The notes under the pieces were generated by a model, which was not told the DNA's origin, did not search any database, and saw nothing but the letters and a program-made list of their open reading frames with translations. Of a DNA stretch of 64,000 nucleotides, positions 8,689 to 15,152 are shown in pieces (position 1 is the stretch's first letter; each line of letters begins with the position of its first letter). The position numbers and the translations under genes are program-made. This DNA is from an uncultured bacterium (GTDB taxonomy: Bacteria; Krumholzibacteriota; Krumholzibacteriia; LZORAL124-64-63): contig CAVSGO010000005.1 in the NCBI GenBank assembly GCA_963727525.1, positions 512,001-576,000 on the forward strand. The letters are read 5' to 3'.

Positions 8689-9617
8689 TGCGCGGAGCCC
8701 TGGCGGCGCAGCAGCCCTGGCGGCGCGCGGTCGACCGCTGGGCCGTGGTCTACGTCCTGGTGACGGGGCTGCTACCGCTCCTGGATCCGGCGGTGTTCAG
8801 CGAGGTCCCCACCGGCCCCCCTCTGGGCCTCGGCCCGCACATCGCCCTGCATCTCGGGCTCGCCGCCTTGCTCTGGGTGCTCCCTCCCTGGCTGCGCAGT
8901 CGCGAGTCGTTCGCGCCGCGCTTGCTGGCCGAGATCACCGTACCGCTGCTCTTTCCGCTCTTCTATAGCGAGCTGGCCTACCTCGGCCAGATCTACTTCA
9001 ACGTGAACGCGAGCTTCGACCCCTGGCTCATCGACATCGAACAATCGATCTTCGGGGGCCAGCCCAGCCTGCTCTGGTCCGAGCGCATGCCGTGGCCCTG
9101 GCTGCACGAGTACTTCGAGTTCGCGTACTTCAGCTACTACCTCTTCGCCGCCGGCGCGCTCTTCATGATCTGGCGCCTGGGCGACGCCACGCGCGACGAA
9201 CGCTGGCGGCACACGACCGGCATGGTGCGCGACCTCGTGGCCGTCATGCTCACGTGCTATGCGTGGTACATCGTGTTGCCGGTGTGGGGGCCGAAGTACT
9301 TCGCGAAGATCGGCGTTGCCGGCCCGGTGGAGGTAGGCGGCGGCATCTTCACGAGGATCATGCACTATATCCACGCCCACGGCGCCCTGCACGGCGCGGC
9401 GTTCCCCAGCTCGCACGTGGCGGGCTCGATGGTACCTTGGTGGTGGACGTGGCGGCTCTTCCCACGGCAGCGCTGGTGGACAACCGCCCTCTGGCTCTCG
9501 CTCTGCGCGTCCATCATCTACTGCCGCTATCACTATGGCGTGGATCTGATCGGTGGGGTGCTCTGGGGGGCCCTCGTCATCGGAGCGTCGCGGCGTTTTC
9601 GGGACTTTTCCAGTTGA
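8688..9617 (+). CDS. Membrane PAP2-superfamily phosphotransferase/phosphatase (Aur1/IPC-synthase-like)
   Basis: Multiple hydrophobic segments; AAFPSSHVA and YCRYHYGVDL (His/His/Asp triad); TGATG coupling to the upstream gene. Confidence 0.8.
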   Translation: MRGALAAQQPWRRAVDRWAVVYVLVTGLLPLLDPAVFSEVPTGPPLGLGPHIALHLGLAALLWVLPPWLRSRESFAPRLLAEITVPLLFPLFYSELAYLGQIYFNVNASFDPWLIDIEQSIFGGQPSLLWSERMPWPWLHEYFEFAYFSYYLFAAGALFMIWRLGDATRDERWRHTTGMVRDLVAVMLTCYAWYIVLPVWGPKYFAKIGVAGPVEVGGGIFTRIMHYIHAHGALHGAAFPSSHVAGSMVPWWWTWRLFPRQRWWTTALWLSLCASIIYCRYHYGVDLIGGVLWGALVIGASRRFRDFSS

Positions 9618-9641
9618 ATTTGTCTATCGATTAGCTACAAT
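9614..9641 (+). promoter_or_regulatory. Candidate sigma70-type promoter for a small RNA
   Basis: TTGAAT-N16-TACAAT in an AT-rich patch, with no plausible plus-strand gene downstream. Confidence 0.5.
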
Positions 9642-9647
9642 GGTGCC

Positions 9648-9696
9648 GGTGCCCGGCTGGGTTTCTCCCTCCAATCCCCCGACTTGGTCGGGCACC
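9648..9696 (+). ncRNA. Candidate small RNA hairpin with C/U-rich (anti-SD-like) loop
   Basis: 14-bp stem GGTGCCCGGCTGGG/CTTGGTCGGGCACC with 4 G-U pairs that form only on the + strand; loop TTTCTCCCTCCAATCCCCCGA; starts 6 nt after the -10 box. Confidence 0.45.
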
Positions 9697-9710
9697 ACCC
9701 GACAGTTCTC

Positions 9711-9751
9711 GCGCGTCAGGCGGCCCTCCGGGCCGCCTTCGTGCTACGCGC
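9711..9751 (-). promoter_or_regulatory. Candidate SECIS hairpin of the zinc-ribbon gene
   Basis: After TGA: G-GCGCGT-AGCACGA-AGGCGGCCC-GGA-GGGCCGCCT-G-ACGCGC; loop 23 nt from UGA, no U-tract. Confidence 0.6.
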
Positions 9752-9941
9752 CTCAGCTGAAGCCGCTACCGCAAGACGGCCCACCTTCGCCGCCGCCGGT
9801 GGCGAAGGTCGACAGGGCGCGCTCCACGTCGTGCGACGCGCACTGCGGGCACTGGGCCTCGCCGGCCTCCATCTCCGCGAATGTGAGGATGTCCTCGAAC
9901 GACGTGCCGCACGCGCGGCAGCTGAATTCGAAGATCGGCAT
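9744..9941 (-). CDS. FmdB-family zinc-ribbon protein, probable C-terminal selenoprotein (..CGSGFS-U-GA)
   Basis: MPIFEFSCRACG...CPQCAS (two CxxC), AGGAGG RBS; TGA at 9753-9755 followed by GGC GCG TAG and a SECIS-like hairpin. Without recoding the CDS ends at 9753. Confidence 0.75.
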
Positions 9942-9973
9942 GAATCCTGTCCTCCTGCTGTCGAACTCCCGGA

Positions 9974-10123
9974 TCACTGTCCGGACTTGGTTTCTTTCGG
10001 TTTCTTGTGCGGGTCTCCGACCTCGCAGACGTCCGCCGCTCAGCCCGGGCGGAAACCGAGCCGCGGCAGGATCACGTTGACCACCACGAGGTAGGCCACG
10101 ATGAAGATGATCAGCTTGATCAC
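9974..10123 (-). CDS. Small single-TM protein with in-frame TGA, probable selenoprotein (not in ORF track)
   Basis: GAGGAG RBS + GTG; MIKLIIFIVAYLVVVNVILPRLGFRPG-[TGA 10040-10042]-AADVCEVGDPHKKPKETKSGQ-stop; GC-ending codons throughout the first 27 codons. Confidence 0.65.
10008..10027 (-). promoter_or_regulatory. Candidate SECIS hairpin of the small membrane protein
   Basis: TGCG-A-GGTC-GGA-GACC-CGCA; loop 21 nt from UGA; same C(GGA)G loop as the other candidate. Confidence 0.6.
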
Positions 10124-10154
10124 GGTCCGGCTCCTCTTCGATCGTCCATCTACA

Positions 10155-10180
10155 GTCAACTATCTGCAAATCTAGTTAAC
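10155..10180. promoter_or_regulatory. Imperfect palindrome, candidate repressor operator
   Basis: GTCAACTA-N10-TAGTTAAC (1 mismatch) just downstream of the minus-strand -10 box. Confidence 0.4.
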
Positions 10181-10184
10181 CCTT

Positions 10185-10212
10185 AATTTATCGGTTTTAG
10201 CCGCCCTGTCAA
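10185..10212 (-). promoter_or_regulatory. Sigma70-type promoter of the two small genes
   Basis: Minus strand TTGACA-N16-TAAATT, divergent from metG. Confidence 0.6.
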
Positions 10213-10305
10213 GCTCCCCGGGGCCCCTCTTGCCGCGGCCTTCGCCATGGTGTTTACTTCCAGCCCGATCCAAGAACGCCGATCACCTCGACGCCGGGAG
10301 ACCCC

Positions 10306-12009
10306 GTGAGCCCGTTCCAGCGCACCCTCGTGACCGCCGCCCTGCCCTACGCGAACGGTGACATTCATCTCGGCCACATCGCGGGCGCCTACCTGCCGCC
10401 CGATATCTATGTGCGCTACCTGCGCTTGCGCGGACGACCGGTGCTTTTCATCTGCGGCACCGACGAGTACGGCGTGCCCATCACCCTGGCCGCCGAGAAG
10501 CTCGGCATCACGCCCAAGGCGCTGGTGGACCGCAACTACGTGACGATCCGCGATTCCTTCGCCGGCCTGGGCATCGCTTTCGACAACTTCTCCCAGACCA
10601 GCCGCGCGATCCACACCGAGACCAGCCAGGCGTTCTTCCTCGATCTGCACGGTCAGGGCGTGCTGAAGCAAAAGTCGACCCAGCAGTTCTTCAGCCCCAG
10701 CCAGAAGCGCTTCCTGGCCGACCGCTACATCGAGGGCACCTGCCCACGCTGCCACAAGCCGGGCGCCCGCGGCGACCAGTGCGAGTCGTGCGGTTCGTCG
10801 CTCGATCCCACCGACCTTATCGATCCGCGCGACGTCCTGCACGGCGAACCCCTGGAACTGCGAGAGACCACGCACTGGTTCCTGCCCCTGGGCGACTGGC
10901 AAGAACAACTCGAGGCGTTCATCACCAGTCATCCCGAGTGGAAGGACAACGTCCAGCAGTACTGCCGCTCCTGGCTGACCGAGGGTCTCGAGGACCGCGC
11001 CGTCACGCGCGACATCTCCTGGGGCGTGCCCGTGCCCCTGCCCGACCACGAGGGCAAGGTGCTCTACGTGTGGTTCGACGCGCCCATCGGCTACATCTCC
11101 TCCACGCGCGAATGGGCCATCGCGCAGGGCGACCCCGAAGCGTGGCGGCTGTGGTGGCAGGATCCGGCCACGCGCCTGGTGCACTTCATCGGCAAGGACA
11201 ACATCGTCTTCCACACCCTCATGTTCCCGGCCATGCTCATGGCCCACAGCGAGCCCTGGGTGCTACCCGACAACGTGCCCGCGAACGAGTTCCTCAACCT
11301 CGAGGGCCGCAAGCTGTCCACCAGCCGCGGCTTCGCGGTGTGGCTGCCGGATTACCTCGCGAAGTTCCAGCCGGATCCTCTGCGTTACACCTTGGCGCGC
11401 AACCTGCCCGAGACCCGCGACATGAACTTCACGTGGGAGGGCTTCCTCGCCCGCAACGACAACGAGCTGGGAAACAACTTCGGCAACCTGATCAACCGCG
11501 TCCTCACGTTCATCCACAAGTACTTCGACGGGAACGTGCCCGCGTGGGACCCGTCGCGGCATCAGGACATGGACACGCGCGCCCTCGCCGAGGTGACGGC
11601 GCAGCGCGAGCGATGGGCCGAGCACCTCGAAAAGTTCGAGGTGAAGGCCGCCATGGAGTGCGCCTTCGCCGCCGGTCAGTTGGGCAACCGCTACTTCGAC
11701 GAATCGGCCCCCTTCACCAGCCGCAAGACCGACCTCGCCCGCTGCGCCCACAGCCTGGGCGTGGCTGTGCAGATCCTTCGCCAGCTCGCCGTGATGCTGG
11801 CCCCTGTGTGTCCATTCGCCATGGAAAAGCTCTGGGGCTGGCTGGGCATGAGTACGCCGCTCTTCGACGGCGCCTATGACGAGGGCCTGCAAGACATCCC
11901 GGCGGGCCGCCCTCTCGGCAAGCCGGAGATCCTCTTCCCCCGCCTCGACCCCGCCCTCGTGCAGGCCGAGATCGACCGGCTAAACGCGCTGGTGGCGGAG
12001 CAGGAGTAG
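10306..12009 (+). CDS. metG: Methionyl-tRNA synthetase (no C-terminal tRNA-binding domain)
   Basis: TAALPYANG.IHLGH, GTDEYG, RGDQCE.CG, YVWFDAPIGY, FIGKDN, KLSTSRG. Confidence 0.97.
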   Translation: MSPFQRTLVTAALPYANGDIHLGHIAGAYLPPDIYVRYLRLRGRPVLFICGTDEYGVPITLAAEKLGITPKALVDRNYVTIRDSFAGLGIAFDNFSQTSRAIHTETSQAFFLDLHGQGVLKQKSTQQFFSPSQKRFLADRYIEGTCPRCHKPGARGDQCESCGSSLDPTDLIDPRDVLHGEPLELRETTHWFLPLGDWQEQLEAFITSHPEWKDNVQQYCRSWLTEGLEDRAVTRDISWGVPVPLPDHEGKVLYVWFDAPIGYISSTREWAIAQGDPEAWRLWWQDPATRLVHFIGKDNIVFHTLMFPAMLMAHSEPWVLPDNVPANEFLNLEGRKLSTSRGFAVWLPDYLAKFQPDPLRYTLARNLPETRDMNFTWEGFLARNDNELGNNFGNLINRVLTFIHKYFDGNVPAWDPSRHQDMDTRALAEVTAQRERWAEHLEKFEVKAAMECAFAAGQLGNRYFDESAPFTSRKTDLARCAHSLGVAVQILRQLAVMLAPVCPFAMEKLWGWLGMSTPLFDGAYDEGLQDIPAGRPLGKPEILFPRLDPALVQAEIDRLNALVAEQE

Positions 12010-12078
12010 GAGCGGGTCATCCAGCTCCGAGGTGCCGGTGGCACGGTCTTGATCGACCGTCTTTGAACGGCGTGAAGA

Positions 12079-12101
12079 GGCCCCGGGCGAAACCCGGGGC
12101 C
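12079..12101. terminator. Hairpin between convergent genes
   Basis: GGCCCCGGG-CGAAA-CCCGGGGCC perfect 9-bp stem. Confidence 0.6.
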
Positions 12102-12141
12102 GAAACGAGAAGACGAAAGGTGCTTGAAGGGCCCCTCCGTA

Positions 12142-15012
12142 TCAGCGGACGAGCGTCATCTTGCGCGTCAGCACCTCCCCCTCAGCGTCCAGTCGATAGA
12201 GATACACGCCCGTGGCGACGGAATGGCCATGGCTATCCTCGCCGAGCCATACGGCCTCGTGGCGTCCCGCAGGCAGGTCGCCGTGCACGAGGGTGGTGAC
12301 GAGCCGACCACTAATATCGTACACGTCCAGCGCAACGGGGCCAGCCTGCGTCAGGGCAAAGCGAATCTTCGTCACGGGGTTGAAGGGATTGGGTTGAGCG
12401 GCGGCAAGCGCGAGCGCAACCGGCAGATCGTGATCGCCCGCCGCCGTCGGGTAGGGCGTGGTCGACGGCACACCGATGAAGTCGACGAATACGTCGAGTC
12501 CCTCGCTCGCCGTCAAGACGAGCTGGAAGCCCGTCGTCGGCGCCAGCGAGGTGAGATCGAGATCGATCGGACTCGTGTCCGTCACCGGAATGGTGAATGT
12601 ATCTCCCGTGGTGGGACAGTCGATGACGAGATCGCCCGGATTCTCCACGGACGCGATGCGAACCACCACACCCAGGTTCGCCCAGAAGTCATTCCAGACC
12701 GGGATCGGGTGGTTCAGCGTGAGCGACCGCACACCGGTCGGGGTATCGCTCAGGCGCCGGGGCACGCTCGCCAGGTTGATGCCGAGGGAACCGTCGATCG
12801 AGACGTCGGGCCCGGCCGGATTGCCGAACTCACCCTCGCTACCGTCGGTACCGCCCAGCGAGAAGCCGCCGTAGTCCTCCTCGTTGCTTGGCGTGCTGTC
12901 GTCACCCGTGCCGGCCGCGACGATCTCCACCCCGAGGGTGTTGGGGACATACGCGCCCTCGTACTTGTAGTCGTCGTCGTTGTGGATGGCGATCGTCACA
13001 GGGTAGTCGTACGGATTCACCCACTCGCGCGTCTCGTCGTTGTTGTTGTTCCAGACCTCCACTTCCACCCACTCGGGAGGATCGACGGTCCGGTCGAGGC
13101 GATAGACCCGGACGTTCTGGCACCGCGAGTATCCGCCACCAAAGGTGATCTTGAGCTTCTTGCCGGGCGGTATGGTGCGCTCGAACCACTCGCAGTATTT
13201 ATGGTACGTGTGCGTGTCGGGGACGGCGGTGACCGTGTCGTCATAGCTTTCCGAGAAGGCAGCCTCCACGATGGCCACCGCGGCCACCGGATCGGCGCCG
13301 GGTGCGGGTTCGATCCACCCATCGAGGCCCGGCAGATGGATGATGCCGCCGCCCAGCTCGTCGATGTCGCTGGTCTCCTGCTTCGTGCCGGTGCTGTCTT
13401 CCTGCGCCGTGTCGTGCTTGTAGCTGACTTTCGGCACGCCGTTCACGGTGTGGGTCCCGGTGACGACGACAGCATGGCCGCCGTCGCGACGCAGCGTGTC
13501 ATTGTAGATGTAGTAGAACCCCACGCCGAGCTCCACATCCTCCCCGTGCGCCGATTCGGACTCGATCCAGCCACGGTCGGGGAACGCGGTGTCCGCCCCA
13601 TCACTGTCGGTCGCTTGCGACTCGCCCGTGGAACTGGCGACGTTGCCCTCGACGCTCTTGGCCTGGTATTTCACATGGATCGGCAATCCGTACGCCTCGA
13701 TGAAGTCGAGCTTGGCCTTGATGATGTCTTCAGGACCAGCGCCTTGCCGGGCCAGGCGGTTCATGAGATTGCTCAGCTGCTCGAAGGTCTCGCGCAGACC
13801 GGGCGGGAAGTCGATTTCCGGATGCTTGTTCTTCAACCAGGTCAGGCTGTTGGCACACGCGGCCGGCGCGCATCCGTTCCAGTCGGTGGTGGACATGGTG
13901 CTATCGAGCTGCACGTTCGGCATGTCGCACCCGATGAAACTGTTGACCTCGATCTCCAGCGGCAGCGCGGAGGGCAACCACCAGCGGGCAGCACTCACGT
14001 CGATCGCCGGAGACACGCTCGCGCCCGTCAGGCCGTGCGTCTCCACGCGTTCCTGCTGGACGGACGCCGGCCCCTGCATGGCCAGGCTGTTGTACCAGTC
14101 GGTGACCTGATCGTCGTTGAGGGGATCCGCGGTGATCGTGTAACCGTAGACCATGTCCGGCACCACGATGCCGTTCGTGATGGTCATGCCATTCATGGGG
14201 AACCGTACATCGAACGACTCCAGAGGCGGTCCCATGCCAGCTCCCGGCACCAGCATGTTGCGGACGATCCACTCGGCAGTCGTCGAGATGTCCGGGACGT
14301 ATGCCGCCATGTTGAGAAAGCCCATCGCCGGCGGCACCTCGAAGTCGAGGCTCACGCGGCCGATGCTGGAGTTCGGGACGTCTCCGTAGCCCTCGTAACC
14401 GAAAGTCAGCTGTGCGAACGAGACATCGAATTGTGGCGGCGGCACACCGTAGTCGAGGCGAAGCTGGTACGTACCACAATCGCCGCCCCAGCCGTCGACA
14501 ACGATGAAATACGGAATGCCGGCCACGACCGGCAGCGCATCGATGCGTGACACCCATGCGCCACATGGATCTCCGGGTCGGTAGTAGTCATCGTTGCAGG
14601 CCACCGGATTGCCCGGCGTGTAGGCTCCCGCGTAGACGAAGATCTTGGTGTCGTAATCACTGCCGCACAGATCGATCGTGAGCAGGTGATCCTCCTGCGG
14701 CACGTACACGTAGACGACGTCGGGCGACGTCGACCCCGTGGAGGGACACGCCTCGTCGTAGTCGTCGATGTGACTGCAGGTGAAGCCGGTATCGAGGAAC
14801 GGCAAGACCTCGACGAACTGGGCGTCTTGGATGGTCTCGCCTCCATCACGGGTTCCCCCGCCCGCGACGGTATGATGCACGGGATGCGACTTCGGCATGG
14901 TCGGGACGGCGGTCGCGTTCGCCAGCGGCGGACGATCGGCCGGCGTGGCGGCCATGGCCCCGGCCGCCACCGCGAGAACGAGCAGGGAATACACGAGTAA
15001 ACCACGTGTCAT
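12142..15012 (-). CDS. Secreted multidomain protein: PPC-like N-domain, putative papain/C39-like Cys protease core, C-terminal FlgD-Ig sorting domain
   Basis: Signal peptide; NGCAPAACANSLTW, GGHAVVVTG, YKHD; C-terminal QPNPFNPVT...W.GED..G..VATGVYLYRL...KMTLVR. Confidence 0.75.
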   Translation of the reverse strand: MTRGLLVYSLLVLAVAAGAMAATPADRPPLANATAVPTMPKSHPVHHTVAGGGTRDGGETIQDAQFVEVLPFLDTGFTCSHIDDYDEACPSTGSTSPDVVYVYVPQEDHLLTIDLCGSDYDTKIFVYAGAYTPGNPVACNDDYYRPGDPCGAWVSRIDALPVVAGIPYFIVVDGWGGDCGTYQLRLDYGVPPPQFDVSFAQLTFGYEGYGDVPNSSIGRVSLDFEVPPAMGFLNMAAYVPDISTTAEWIVRNMLVPGAGMGPPLESFDVRFPMNGMTITNGIVVPDMVYGYTITADPLNDDQVTDWYNSLAMQGPASVQQERVETHGLTGASVSPAIDVSAARWWLPSALPLEIEVNSFIGCDMPNVQLDSTMSTTDWNGCAPAACANSLTWLKNKHPEIDFPPGLRETFEQLSNLMNRLARQGAGPEDIIKAKLDFIEAYGLPIHVKYQAKSVEGNVASSTGESQATDSDGADTAFPDRGWIESESAHGEDVELGVGFYYIYNDTLRRDGGHAVVVTGTHTVNGVPKVSYKHDTAQEDSTGTKQETSDIDELGGGIIHLPGLDGWIEPAPGADPVAAVAIVEAAFSESYDDTVTAVPDTHTYHKYCEWFERTIPPGKKLKITFGGGYSRCQNVRVYRLDRTVDPPEWVEVEVWNNNNDETREWVNPYDYPVTIAIHNDDDYKYEGAYVPNTLGVEIVAAGTGDDSTPSNEEDYGGFSLGGTDGSEGEFGNPAGPDVSIDGSLGINLASVPRRLSDTPTGVRSLTLNHPIPVWNDFWANLGVVVRIASVENPGDLVIDCPTTGDTFTIPVTDTSPIDLDLTSLAPTTGFQLVLTASEGLDVFVDFIGVPSTTPYPTAAGDHDLPVALALAAAQPNPFNPVTKIRFALTQAGPVALDVYDISGRLVTTLVHGDLPAGRHEAVWLGEDSHGHSVATGVYLYRLDAEGEVLTRKMTLVR

Positions 15013-15152
15013 GGTCGTGCCTCCGGATCTGGTGGGAACGTCGATCTCCGGAGTAGAGACCGGTCAGTGATACCGGCAGCCTATCATAACACGAGTTTTT
15101 TTGTCGTAATAGATTTCCGTATGATGCATACGCACCGCAACGGCGGGTCCGA

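Noticed and set aside
9974-9976. Second TGA of the microprotein as another Sec
   Set aside because: No C(GGA)G hairpin follows; the next gene's RBS lies just downstream.
9744-10123. Genome-wide UGA reassignment (Trp/Gly) as the cause of the in-frame TGAs
   Set aside because: TGA terminates conserved genes at their expected ends (rpmJ, rpsJ, fabH, rplN), and no long gene has an internal TGA.
9753-10169. 138-aa ORF-track call as one protein
   Set aside because: The N-terminal 76 aa are a shadow frame. The zinc-ribbon gene has its own AGGAGG RBS and ATG at 9941, and the upstream DNA encodes a different small gene in another frame.
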